This document shows positions 21,871 through 31,100 of a DNA stretch of 64,000 bases, piece by piece; positions within the stretch are counted from its first letter, which is position 1; each line of letters starts with the position of its first letter. The stretch lies in assembly GCA_902779285.1 (NCBI GenBank), contig CACZAZ010000001.1, forward strand, positions 16,460-80,459, read 5' to 3'. Source of the DNA: an uncultured Ruminococcus sp. Lineage in GTDB: Bacteria > Bacillota > Clostridia > Oscillospirales > CAG-272. The notes beneath the pieces were generated by a model. The model was not told the DNA's origin. It ran no database searches and saw nothing but the letters and a program-made list of their open reading frames with translations. The translations under genes and the position numbers were made by a program.

Positions 21871-21923
21871 TTATGAGCCGCGCTGCGGCGCAACGATACG
21901 ACGCCTTCGGAGCATTTATGAAA

Positions 21924-21993
21924 ACGCCGCCCGTTTCCGGGCGGCGTTCGTTATGCGTTGACCGCGCCGAATGGCGCGGTCAAAGTTTTGTTG
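21924..21993 (+). terminator. Two consecutive rho-independent terminator hairpins after the EEP gene
   Basis: ACGCCGCCCG-TTTC-CGGGCGGCGT and TTGACCGCGCC-GAAT-GGCGCGGTCAA, followed by a T-rich tail. Confidence 0.65.
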
Positions 21994-22029
21994 TACGGAA
22001 GGAAAGGAACGCGGCTGCAAGGGCAAAAA

Positions 22030-22188
22030 GGATCGCGCGTGGTAGGGGGCGGCGTCCACGACGTCCCGCACAAAGGCGGGGAACAACCGCACGGAAACGA
22101 CCGGAGGATCGCGCGCGGTAGGGGACGGCGTCCACGACGTCCCGCGCAAAGGCGGGGGATAACCGCACGGAAACGACCGGAGGATCGC
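22030..22188 (+). repeat. Structured ~77-bp tandem repeat, array 1 (2 units)
   Basis: GGTAGGGG.CGGCGTCCACGACGTCCCGC.CAAAGGCGGGG.A.AACCGCACGGAAACGACCGGAGGATCGCGCG occurs twice. Unit starts are at 22041 and 22117, giving a period of 76. Confidence 0.9.
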
Positions 22189-22383
22189 AAAACGGCGCCG
22201 GCTCCGGGGGCGCGATCGTCTTCGGTCCCGGGAGAGCCGACGCGCAGTCGTTTTGCCCGTCATTCCGGATTTATAAGAAACCGCCCCCCGAATTGCGTTC
22301 GGCGTGGGGCGGCGTTTTTTGGTTACGGAGAAACGGATGAATTGGCGCTTCGCGCATTGGGACGCCGCGCAAGCTCTGCGCGA

Positions 22384-23589
22384 TCAGTCGGTGAGAGGAG
22401 GAAGATCAAGCAGGTTTTTGGCGCGGATGAAAGCGCTTAACGCCTGCGAGACCGCGAGGTGCGACGCCTGGTCCGGGTGATTGTGATCCCCCGAAGTATT
22501 GGTCTCCACCGTGATCTGATAGAGCCCGGCGCTCTCTCCGCCGAGTTCCGCGAAAACGGCGTTCAGCCACCGGTTGACCTGCGCGTTCGGGGAGATCATC
22601 ATCCCGACGATCCAGACGATCGGCACGTTTTCTCCGTGCGCGTCGCGGACCTCGGAGATCAGGGTCTTCAACGTCTCTTTGTACTGCTCCTCGTCGGCTG
22701 CGGTCGTGAGGAGGTTGTCGTTGGTGTTCAGGTTGACGATCACGAGATCGGCTTGTCTGTCGGGCATGTAGCGGAGCGTTTCGCTGCGGTAATAGTTGAA
22801 GAACGGATAATACTTCGTCATGGTCTCCTCGGAGTAGCCGCCCTGCTTGTAGGTGTGGTAAACGCCGATGCCCGAGACCGCGCAGATATCGTAATCGAAG
22901 TCCTCGCGCGTGCAGAGGTCGACCGCGTAGGTGAGAAGCCCGTTGGAAGGAATAAGCCCTTCGCCGCAGGTGATGCTGTCGCCGAGGAACGCGACCTTGT
23001 AGGTGTTGTCCGCGGGGCGCTCGAGGAAATAGCCCGTCATCGTGACGCCCTGCGCCGCCAACAAGAGCCCCGTCGTATTGTTCGTAGCCATGGTCCGGCG
23101 GCGGACCATGACGTGATGCACGCCGTCCGCAAGCCCCGACGCGAGACGGATCGTCCCGGATTCCCGGACGGACACTTCGTGGACGTTACCGTCCACCTCG
23201 ATCTCGAGTACGACGTAGCGATTCCCGATGAACTCGACTTTCATTGTGAGATCGCCCGAGCCCTCGAAATCGAACGCAAGCCCCGCCGCGGTCCAGTCGA
23301 GGGCGACGTCGGTCTTGTAAAACCTGCTTCTGCCGATCAGTTTGAGATACTGCTTGTTGTTGTAGAACGAATAGTAGGTGTTCGGCACCGGCGCGGGGCG
23401 CTCGGTGGTCGCCGCGGTCGTTTCCGCCTCGGTCGTGTTCGCCCCGGTCGGCGCCGTACCGGTCCCGACGGGTTCGGTACCGGTTGCGGTCGTCTCGGTC
23501 GCGTCTTTCTTCTCGCAGGACGCGAGGGCGAAGATCGAAAACAGCATAGAGCCGATCAAAAGAAGGGAGAACGCTCTGCGCAAACTCAT
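22384..23589 (-). CDS. SGNH/GDSL hydrolase lipoprotein (CE2-like carbohydrate esterase architecture)
   Basis: The start was moved to the ATG at 23589, which follows AAGGAGG. The lipobox is LASC. There is an N-terminal beta-sandwich-like region, then the FLGDSITCGEG and GDHNHP blocks. Confidence 0.75.
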   Translation of the reverse strand: MSLRRAFSLLLIGSMLFSIFALASCEKKDATETTATGTEPVGTGTAPTGANTTEAETTAATTERPAPVPNTYYSFYNNKQYLKLIGRSRFYKTDVALDWTAAGLAFDFEGSGDLTMKVEFIGNRYVVLEIEVDGNVHEVSVRESGTIRLASGLADGVHHVMVRRRTMATNNTTGLLLAAQGVTMTGYFLERPADNTYKVAFLGDSITCGEGLIPSNGLLTYAVDLCTREDFDYDICAVSGIGVYHTYKQGGYSEETMTKYYPFFNYYRSETLRYMPDRQADLVIVNLNTNDNLLTTAADEEQYKETLKTLISEVRDAHGENVPIVWIVGMMISPNAQVNRWLNAVFAELGGESAGLYQITVETNTSGDHNHPDQASHLAVSQALSAFIRAKNLLDLPPLTD

Positions 23590-23721
23590 AAAAACCTCCT
23601 TAACGAAAACCGTATTCTTGATAGCGGAAAACCGCGGTTTCGGCAAGAGCGGAGGACGGATCGTTCCGCGGCGTCCGCCGTCAAGCCTTGCGCCGTCGCG
23701 CTCGTATCCGTCGGATCGGAA

Positions 23722-25062
23722 CTACGACATCAAAAGACTCAAAATCTCAAATTGCTTTCTGCCGGCACTTGTGACCGTGATCTTGACCGTGTGCATTTTC
23801 GATTCGTTCGAGGTATACAACTCCACCGCGGCGGGATAGTCGCCCCATCCGTTCGGGAAGTTGCCGTTCACGTACCCCATGCTCTCGCCGTCGATCTCGA
23901 CGTTGACGATGCCGGTTTTGCCGTCCGTCGTTTTGTAGTACAGCAGCCCGAAATTCGCAAATTCGGCTTCAAAGGTGATCGTGCCTCCGTTGTCGGTCGC
24001 CCAGCCGTTCTTGAACTTTTTCGGGGTCGTTTCGCGGATGAAGTTTTCGTCGGGATGCGCAACCAGCCCCGCGGAGTTCTTCCCGTACAGACCCGCGTTT
24101 GCGTATTTGTCCCCCATGATCGAGGGAGTCGCCGGGTCGAAAGGCGTGACCTTGCCCGCAGCGGGGGCGGCTTTCACCTGCTCGAGAAAGTGCGTGACGA
24201 TCTCCGCGACCCAGCCGTGACCGACGGGGTTGGGATGCGTGCCGTCGGCTGAAATATCGCTGAAAGAGAAGTTGCCCGCCTCGATCTCCGGCGTGACCGC
24301 GTCGTGATACGAAAGGACGGGCACGCCGTACGCTCTTGCCGCGGTTGCGTGCGCGGTCTGGCAGTTGCCGCCGCCCCTGAGGGTCATCTCGATCAGGACG
24401 ACCGCCGGGTTCGTGGGAGCGGCAAGGCACTTCCGGATCAGACTTTCCATGCAAGCCGTGTAGAACTCGTCGTCGCTGTCGTTGATGAACTCGATGAAAA
24501 TGATGTCCGGACCCATGGAGAGGACGTCTTTTTCCACCCGATGGACCGCAAGATAGGAGTCGGTGGCGCCGATCCCCGCGTTCGTGCAGACGATCTGACT
24601 CCTTCCGTTCTCGTTGAACCATGCCTCGGTACGTCTCCTGAAGGAGTTCGGTCCGCTCAGGGAACCGCTGCCCTCGGTGATCGAGTCGCCGAGAAAGAAG
24701 ATTTTCGTCTCTCCCGTGTAACTCACGTCAAAGACCTGGTCAAGTTTGGCTTTGAGGCGCGTGACGTCGCCCTCGTAGTGCACCGAGCGGGCAAGCATGT
24801 TTTCGGTCATACCGCCGGCGGGATCGAAGGGCGCGTCCGCGACGGGGAACTCGTCGACCCTCGGTCCTTCATCAACCGGCGCCTCGGTCGCGGGGACGGT
24901 CGTTTCGGGGGCGGTCGTCCCTTCTTCTGCCGTCGTTTCGGGGACGGTCGGCTCCGCCGCGGTCGGTTCCGCTCCCTCGGGCGCAAGCGCGCAGGAAGCG
25001 AGACCGAGCCCCGCGAGGCAGGCAAGGAACAGCGCAAGGATCCGTTTCGTCGTCGTTTTCAT
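23722..25062 (-). CDS. SGNH/GDSL hydrolase lipoprotein with a C-terminal accessory domain
   Basis: Lipobox LASC, with the FFLGDSITEGSG block I and DGTHPNPVGH block V. Confidence 0.75.
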   Translation of the reverse strand: MKTTTKRILALFLACLAGLGLASCALAPEGAEPTAAEPTVPETTAEEGTTAPETTVPATEAPVDEGPRVDEFPVADAPFDPAGGMTENMLARSVHYEGDVTRLKAKLDQVFDVSYTGETKIFFLGDSITEGSGSLSGPNSFRRRTEAWFNENGRSQIVCTNAGIGATDSYLAVHRVEKDVLSMGPDIIFIEFINDSDDEFYTACMESLIRKCLAAPTNPAVVLIEMTLRGGGNCQTAHATAARAYGVPVLSYHDAVTPEIEAGNFSFSDISADGTHPNPVGHGWVAEIVTHFLEQVKAAPAAGKVTPFDPATPSIMGDKYANAGLYGKNSAGLVAHPDENFIRETTPKKFKNGWATDNGGTITFEAEFANFGLLYYKTTDGKTGIVNVEIDGESMGYVNGNFPNGWGDYPAAVELYTSNESKMHTVKITVTSAGRKQFEILSLLMS

Positions 25063-25144
25063 CGTTTTTCTCCTTTTTTTGTGTGCCTTTCACCGGGGCT
25101 CGGTTGTCTTCGGCCCGCCCGGGGTTTCGCCGCGGAGCGGATCG

Positions 25145-26848
25145 TTATTCCGATTTCGGAAGTTCGTACCAGGTGCGGAGGATCTTGTCGAGGGCGGCCT
25201 GTTTACTGTTTATGTCGGATTGATATCTGGCGGCGAGTTCGCTCGACGTCACTTCGCACATACCGGCCATCATGGTCCAGAAGAAACGGGCCTTGGTGCC
25301 GACGCAGTCCTCGATCATCTTGTCGCGCCCGGTGATGACGCTGTCGTAGATGATGTCGAGCATCCGGTCGGTGCCCTGGTTGTAGACCGTGGTCTTGTAC
25401 TTCATCACGATCTCGAGGAACTCGCGGCGGATCTCGGCGGAATGTTCGCAGCAATACTGCAGGAACGCAGAAAGGGCCCTTGCTTTACGGGGATTCGTGT
25501 TGACGTTGATCGCGCCCGCGTCGCCGATGGTGTGGATGCACGTGTTGTAGTGCTTGTCTTCGCTGAGTTTGGGGACCGGGACGACCGTGAAGAGATCCTC
25601 CATCTGCTGGAACGATTCGTCCTCGAGCGCGCCGAGCACGACGGTTCCGGCGGTGAGCATCGTACCCTCGGCAAACTTGATCCGGTGGTAGGAGGCGCCG
25701 GGGTCCTCGGGCGTGCTCGCCTCGTAGTGAGCCTTGGTAGCAAGCGATCCCTTGCCGGTGTAGACCGCCGCGACGGCGTCGAAGATCTTGCCGAGCGCGG
25801 TGGAGTCCTGCGAATAATAGATCCAGTCTTTGCCGTTGTATTGGCTGCTCTCATCCTCGATCGGTCTTACGACGAACAGATCGTCTTCGGACGCGGAGAA
25901 AATATACATCTCGGAGGTGAGTCCCCCGTAGCAATCGGCAACGATGCCGAGAACGTCGAGGATCGAATCCTGTCCGTCGTTGTTTTCGTCCACCCAGATC
26001 GCCTCGCAGAGTTTGCCGAGGACGTCCCAGGTCCACTTGCCCTGTTCCACGAAGTCGAAGAAGCGCGCCGAGAGTTCCTCTCCCTCCCCGAGCGTCTCGT
26101 TCTCTCCGATGATGACGGGCGCGAGTTTTTCGGCGTTCGCGTCCATCATCGTGATATTGACGGGGATCACGCCCAGCGCACGCAGAACGTCGAGGAAATA
26201 GTCCCCGACGAGGACGTAACTGCGGTCGCCGGTCAACGACAGACTCTTCATATACTCGGTCATCCAGCCGTCCGTCTCAAAATCAAAGTAGCCGTTCGGG
26301 ATCGACCACACGTCCTTGAACACGCCGTTGAGGTTCGCCACGTTGAGGGCGCAGATCATATTGACGAAAAGATCGGGCGCGTCGCTCGCGTTGCCCTGGA
26401 CCACCGTCTTGATCGGGTCCGCCTGCTTGTCCCATCCATAGTCCCAGTAGACGTATTCGCCGATCTTCACTTGGAGCAGGTCGCAAGCCGCTTTGTTGCG
26501 CTCGTAGATCAACTGCTCGATCAGCGGGGTCTCGCCGGGGACGATCTCGTCGGGTCCCACCACGAACTTGTCGTTTTTCGAGGTCTTTTCGGCGTCGCCG
26601 TGGCTGCTGAGTTCGATCCGGAGCGTCCGGTCCCTCTCCGTGATGATCGTGACCTTGTCCGCGATCTCTTCCCACTTTTCGTCAACGGTGGTTGCCGCGA
26701 CCGTCGTCTGTTCGGCGATCGTTTCGGACGCGTCGGCCCCGACTGTCGTCGCCTCCGTCGTCGCGTCGGACCCCTTTTTTCCGCCGCAGGAGGCGAGCGG
26801 GAGGACGAGCGTCGCGAGAAGCAAAAGAACGCTGATGATCTTTTTCAT
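25145..26848 (-). CDS. Large secreted lipoprotein, possibly solute-binding-protein-like
   Basis: 567 aa with lipobox LASCGG. The size and composition resemble large sugar-binding lipoproteins. No permease genes are adjacent. Confidence 0.4.
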   Translation of the reverse strand: MKKIISVLLLLATLVLPLASCGGKKGSDATTEATTVGADASETIAEQTTVAATTVDEKWEEIADKVTIITERDRTLRIELSSHGDAEKTSKNDKFVVGPDEIVPGETPLIEQLIYERNKAACDLLQVKIGEYVYWDYGWDKQADPIKTVVQGNASDAPDLFVNMICALNVANLNGVFKDVWSIPNGYFDFETDGWMTEYMKSLSLTGDRSYVLVGDYFLDVLRALGVIPVNITMMDANAEKLAPVIIGENETLGEGEELSARFFDFVEQGKWTWDVLGKLCEAIWVDENNDGQDSILDVLGIVADCYGGLTSEMYIFSASEDDLFVVRPIEDESSQYNGKDWIYYSQDSTALGKIFDAVAAVYTGKGSLATKAHYEASTPEDPGASYHRIKFAEGTMLTAGTVVLGALEDESFQQMEDLFTVVPVPKLSEDKHYNTCIHTIGDAGAINVNTNPRKARALSAFLQYCCEHSAEIRREFLEIVMKYKTTVYNQGTDRMLDIIYDSVITGRDKMIEDCVGTKARFFWTMMAGMCEVTSSELAARYQSDINSKQAALDKILRTWYELPKSE

Positions 26849-26946
26849 ACCGTAATCCTTTCTTTTTGCGCCGGGGCAGCCCTCTTTCTTCCGTCAAGCG
26901 TAAAGTCGCGAGCGCTCCGACCGGCGTGATAAACTTTATGAAACAA

Positions 26947-28986
26947 TTATTCTGCCGAATACTTGAAGATACCGAGACCGTAAGCGTCGAGTTTGCAGAC
27001 GTCGGTCTCGTTGCCCGAGATCAGATCGGTCATTTTTCGCCCGAGCGGGACGGTCGCCCCGACGTCGGAATAGTTCTCGACGAAGACGTACCGATCCCCC
27101 CCGTCCTCCCGGACGTGGGCGCTGACGCCGTATCCGAGCGGGTCGAGGGTCCCGGTCGCGGTTCTGACGCCCCGTTCTTTGATGATCTCGGAGATCACGG
27201 CGTCGCTGAGGGTCCCGCAGTCCCTTGCCGCCTGATAGTAGGCGCGGCCCGCGCCGTAGACGTTTGACGTGACGACCGGCATCCCGCGGTAGAAGTCCTC
27301 CCCGTATACGGCGAGCACCTCGGCGCCTTCGGCGTGGATCAGTTCGCAGTAATCGACGAGTTTGTGCTTTGCGCCCTTGTATTCGCAGAAGTTGGAATCC
27401 TGCGGATAGAGCGTGTCGATCTCCTCGTTCCAGATCCCGAAAACGTCGCGCAGTTTTCCGCCCGGGAACCCGCCGAGGTGGCAGAGATCGTTTTCGTCCG
27501 CCATGCCGAGCGTATAGGTCGCGTAGAGCGTGCCGCCCCTCTCGACGAAGCGCGCGAAGTTTTCGATGGTTTCGGCGTCTGCCGAGTATTGCATCGGCGC
27601 GACGACGATCTTATAGGACGACAGGTCGTCGTGCGGCCCGACCACGTCGCAGTTGATCCCCCGCTTCCAGAAGACGCCGTAATACGCTCTTGCGGTATCG
27701 ACGTATTTTTTCGTATGTTTGGAGAACCCGTGGCTGGCGTCGAGCATCCACAAGCTTTCCCAGTCGTAGACGACGGCGACCTCCGATCTGACGGCGGTGC
27801 CGCAGATCTCGTCGACTTTTTTCAGAAGTTCGCCTTTGCGCTTGACCGTCTCGAAAACCCGCGTCTTTTCGGTCCCGACGTGATCGACGATCGCGCCGTG
27901 GAACTTTTCCTGTCCGCCGCGCCCCTTCCGGAACTGGAAGTAAAGGATGCTGTCGGACCCGTGCGCCACCGCCTGGAAGGGGGAGAGCGTTTCCATGCCC
28001 GGGCGCATGATCTTGTTGTACTCGCGCCAGTTGACGACGCTCGTCGTGTTCTCCATAAGGATAAAGGGTTTTCGCGTCAGACCCCGGATCGTATCGTATT
28101 CGAACGCCGTATGGATCGCGGTGTCCTGCTGATCCCCCGAATGCCACGCCGGATAAGCGTCGGTGGAGGCAAAGTCGATCACGCCCCGGAAGCGGCGGTA
28201 ATTGAGTCCGGGGAAATTGCCCATCATATTCGTCGTGACCGGCAATTCGGGGCAGATCTTTTTCAGCGGAGCGATCTCCGCCCGCATAAAGTCGACGGTC
28301 ATCTCGGTCACGAACCGGCGCCAGTCGACGTTCAGTCCCATGTGGCTCCGCTCGGTGTAGGGCGTCGGCGGTTCGATCTGCTCGAACGAGTCGAAGGTGT
28401 GGCTCCAGAAATACGACCAGTAGGCGTGATTCAACTCGTGAATGTCGTTATGAAACTTCCGTCTGAGATATTCCCGGAAGTTCGCGACGCAGAGAGGACA
28501 GAAGCATTCTCCGCTGTATTCGTTTGACACGTGCCAACCGATCACCGCCGGGTGCTTCCCGTACCTTTCGGCAAGCTTGGTATTGATGATCCTGACCTTC
28601 TCCCGGTAGACGGGAGAGGAAAAGCAGTGGTTATGTCTGGAATTGAAATGCTCGCGCACCCCGTCCCGGTCGACCCGTAAAACCTCCGGATATTTGTCCG
28701 CGAGCCAATGCGGACGCGCCGCGGACGGCGTCGCGAGGATCACCCTTCCGCCGTTCTCGTAGATCTTGTCCAGGACCTTGTCAAAATAATCAAACTCGAA
28801 AACGCCCTCGCGCGGCTCGATCATGGACCAGGCAAATATGCCGACCGTCATCTCGTTGCACCCGGCGAGTTTCATCAGGCGCATATCTTCGTCGATCGTC
28901 CCCGGATAATCGACCCATTGATCGGGATTGTAGTCTCCGCCGTACAGGAAATGGGGGAAGTTTTCATTCATATAGGTTTTGCTCAT
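26947..28986 (-). CDS. GH42 beta-galactosidase
   Basis: 679 aa. The N-terminus FLYGGDYNPDQW...GIFAWSMIEPREGVFEFDYFD is the GH42 signature. Confidence 0.9.
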   Translation of the reverse strand: MSKTYMNENFPHFLYGGDYNPDQWVDYPGTIDEDMRLMKLAGCNEMTVGIFAWSMIEPREGVFEFDYFDKVLDKIYENGGRVILATPSAARPHWLADKYPEVLRVDRDGVREHFNSRHNHCFSSPVYREKVRIINTKLAERYGKHPAVIGWHVSNEYSGECFCPLCVANFREYLRRKFHNDIHELNHAYWSYFWSHTFDSFEQIEPPTPYTERSHMGLNVDWRRFVTEMTVDFMRAEIAPLKKICPELPVTTNMMGNFPGLNYRRFRGVIDFASTDAYPAWHSGDQQDTAIHTAFEYDTIRGLTRKPFILMENTTSVVNWREYNKIMRPGMETLSPFQAVAHGSDSILYFQFRKGRGGQEKFHGAIVDHVGTEKTRVFETVKRKGELLKKVDEICGTAVRSEVAVVYDWESLWMLDASHGFSKHTKKYVDTARAYYGVFWKRGINCDVVGPHDDLSSYKIVVAPMQYSADAETIENFARFVERGGTLYATYTLGMADENDLCHLGGFPGGKLRDVFGIWNEEIDTLYPQDSNFCEYKGAKHKLVDYCELIHAEGAEVLAVYGEDFYRGMPVVTSNVYGAGRAYYQAARDCGTLSDAVISEIIKERGVRTATGTLDPLGYGVSAHVREDGGDRYVFVENYSDVGATVPLGRKMTDLISGNETDVCKLDAYGLGIFKYSAE

Positions 28987-29280
28987 AAGGGCAGGGTCCT
29001 CCTTGTCGGGCTCCGAAGGATTGCATACTATTGCGCGTTTTTATAGCATTATAACATAAATAACGCGCAAAATCCATAGAAATTCTTGCAGTCCCTCCAA
29101 AAAGCAAGTTGCGGAATTATAACGCAAAACGCAGCTGTTTTCGTTGCTTTTCTTGCACCCCTTATGAATAACGTTATGCGAGCGGATCTCGCCCCGCGGC
29201 GGGAAAAAGCGGATCTTTCCCCCAGGAGAACGGTACGCCGCTCCTTCCAACCAACGAAAAACTCCGCCCGAAAACGAGCG

Positions 29281-29535
29281 GAGCGGGGGACGGCGTCCCG
29301 CGCAAAGGCGGGGGCAACCGCACGGAAACGACCGGAGGATCGCGCGTGGTAGGGGACGGCGTCCTCGACGTCCCGCGCAAGGCGGGGGACAACCGCACGG
29401 AAACGACCGTAGGGACGCGCAAGCGGTAGGGGACGGCGTCCACGACGTCCCGCGCAAAGGTTGAGGACAACCGCACGGAAACGACCGGAGGATCGCGCAA
29501 GCGGTAGGGGACGGCGTCCCGGGCGTCCCGGATCG
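29281..29535 (+). repeat. Structured ~77-bp tandem repeat, array 2 (~3.5 units)
   Basis: Same unit and same orientation as array 1. Unit starts (GGTAGGGG) are at 29348, 29425 and 29503, with a shortened unit at the 5' end and a truncated last unit. Confidence 0.9.
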
Positions 29536-29551
29536 TTCCCCACCCCTTCCC

Positions 29552-29567
29552 TGTTTCACGTGAAACA
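29552..29567. promoter_or_regulatory. parS: parS centromere-like site
   Basis: TGTTTCACGTGAAACA is a perfect 16-bp Firmicute parS palindrome. Confidence 0.9.
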
Positions 29568-29568
29568 A

Positions 29569-30207
29569 TCAGCCGAGGATCCGATCGATCAAAAGAAGGA
29601 TCTCGGGCATCAGGCGGCAGAGGACGAAGAAGAGCGCGACCGAAACGCCGAGCGTCCAAAGAAAGGTCTTTAACGTGACGCCCTTTTCCTGCATATAGCG
29701 GCGCTCGATCTCCTCTCGGCGCTCCTTCGCGAGATAGAACTTCGCGTCGGACAGATCCGGGAAGAAACGCTTTTTCAGCGAAACGAACGGATTCTTCTCG
29801 CGGTTCGCGCGGGCGGCTTCCTTCGCGGCTTTCTTTTCTTCTTTGGTCGGCTTTTTGCTCTCAAGCGGCGGCTCCCCGACGATCAGGACGCAGCGGCGCA
29901 GACTCGACCACCGGTCGTGCAGCGAGAAGCGGAGCGCGAGCGAGACTTTGATCGGGAGTTCCGAGAGGGAGACCGCGTTCTCGGGCGAAAAGACCTCGCG
30001 CGAGAAGAGTTCCCTTGCGAGCCGTTCGGGACCGGACCTGCGGTAGGCGAGAAATCCGGTCGCCAGCACCAGCACCAGAAGGAACAGCCCCAAGGCGCGG
30101 TTCACGTCCCACGCGGTAAACGAGTTTGAGAGATTTGCGAAAGCGGGCAGCGGTCGGTCAAAGAACTCGGTGACGAAAAACGAGCCGATCGAAAGCAGTC
30201 CCATCAT
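29569..30207 (-). CDS. Membrane protein of unknown function, translationally coupled to parB
   Basis: 212 aa. Its start overlaps the parB stop (ATGA). It has TM segments at both ends and a K/E-rich middle. Confidence 0.6.
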   Translation of the reverse strand: MMGLLSIGSFFVTEFFDRPLPAFANLSNSFTAWDVNRALGLFLLVLVLATGFLAYRRSGPERLARELFSREVFSPENAVSLSELPIKVSLALRFSLHDRWSSLRRCVLIVGEPPLESKKPTKEEKKAAKEAARANREKNPFVSLKKRFFPDLSDAKFYLAKERREEIERRYMQEKGVTLKTFLWTLGVSVALFFVLCRLMPEILLLIDRILG

Positions 30208-31082
30208 AACCCTCCTACGAAATCGTCGCCCATGATCCTGCGGAGCAGGGCGTCCAGGTCCTCGTTGTCTTCAAACCAAAGGGTCAGCGTTTTCTGTTTT
30301 CCCTTCGCGGCGATCTTCACGCGCCGCCCGAGGTCGGAGGTCATTTTGCGTTCGAGTTCCGCGACGTAGTCCACCACCGGGGCGGGCGCCTCGGGGGTCT
30401 CGCGGACGGGTCTGTTCGCGCGCTTGACGAGCAGTTCCAGTTCCCTGACCGACAGCCCGAGCGCCACGCACTTTTTGGCGAGCGGGACGATCTGTTCGCG
30501 GTCGCGCAGTCCGAGCAGCGTCCGGGCGTGTCCCGCGGAGAGGGCGCCGGACGAGACCATCGCCTTCGCCTCGTCGGGCAGTTCCAGAAGCCGGGTCGCG
30601 TTCGCCACGGCGCTGCGGCTCTTTCCGACGCGGCGCGAAAGGTCCTCCTGCGTCAGCCCGAACTCCTCCGAGAGAGCCCGGAACGCCGCGGCTTCCTCGA
30701 TCGGGTTCAGGTCCTCGCGCTGCAGGTTTTCCACCAGAGCGATCTCCGCTGAGGCGAGATCGTCGCGGTCGAGGATCACCGCGGGGATCTCGGAAAGATT
30801 TGCGAGTTTCGCCGCCCGCCACCGCCGTTCCCCGGCGATGATCTGATACCGCCCGTTCCCCGACGCGCGGACGAGGATGGGCTGCAGAACGCCGTGGGTC
30901 GCGATCGAGTCGGCAAGTTCCGAAAGCGATCCCTCGTCGAAATGCTTGCGCGGCTGCCCGCTCTTGGGGTCGATCAGCGAGGTTTTCAGTTTCTCGGCGC
31001 CGCCGGGCTTCTTTTCGTCTTCAAAGGTTTCGAGGAAGAGGGCGTCCAGCCCCCGTCCGATCCCGCTCTTTTTTTGTGCCAT
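30204..31082 (-). CDS. parB: Chromosome partitioning protein ParB/Spo0J
   Basis: GRGLDALF and the ParB box GERRWRAAKLA are present. 292 aa. Confidence 0.93.
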   Translation of the reverse strand: MAQKKSGIGRGLDALFLETFEDEKKPGGAEKLKTSLIDPKSGQPRKHFDEGSLSELADSIATHGVLQPILVRASGNGRYQIIAGERRWRAAKLANLSEIPAVILDRDDLASAEIALVENLQREDLNPIEEAAAFRALSEEFGLTQEDLSRRVGKSRSAVANATRLLELPDEAKAMVSSGALSAGHARTLLGLRDREQIVPLAKKCVALGLSVRELELLVKRANRPVRETPEAPAPVVDYVAELERKMTSDLGRRVKIAAKGKQKTLTLWFEDNEDLDALLRRIMGDDFVGGL

Positions 31083-31100
31083 ATCCGTTCCTTTCTCCCG

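Noticed and set aside
22030-22188. The 77-bp tandem arrays (here and at 29281-29535) considered as CRISPR arrays
   Set aside because: The entire ~77-bp period is conserved between units, so there are no unique spacers. There are only 2 to 3.5 units, and no cas genes or leader are present in the window.
21873-22440. ORFs 21873..22121, 21958..22440, 21916..22263 and those at 29041..29659 spanning the repeat arrays
   Set aside because: They are mutually overlapping on both strands. Their repetitive Arg/Pro-rich products are generated by the tandem repeat itself, and they lack start signals.
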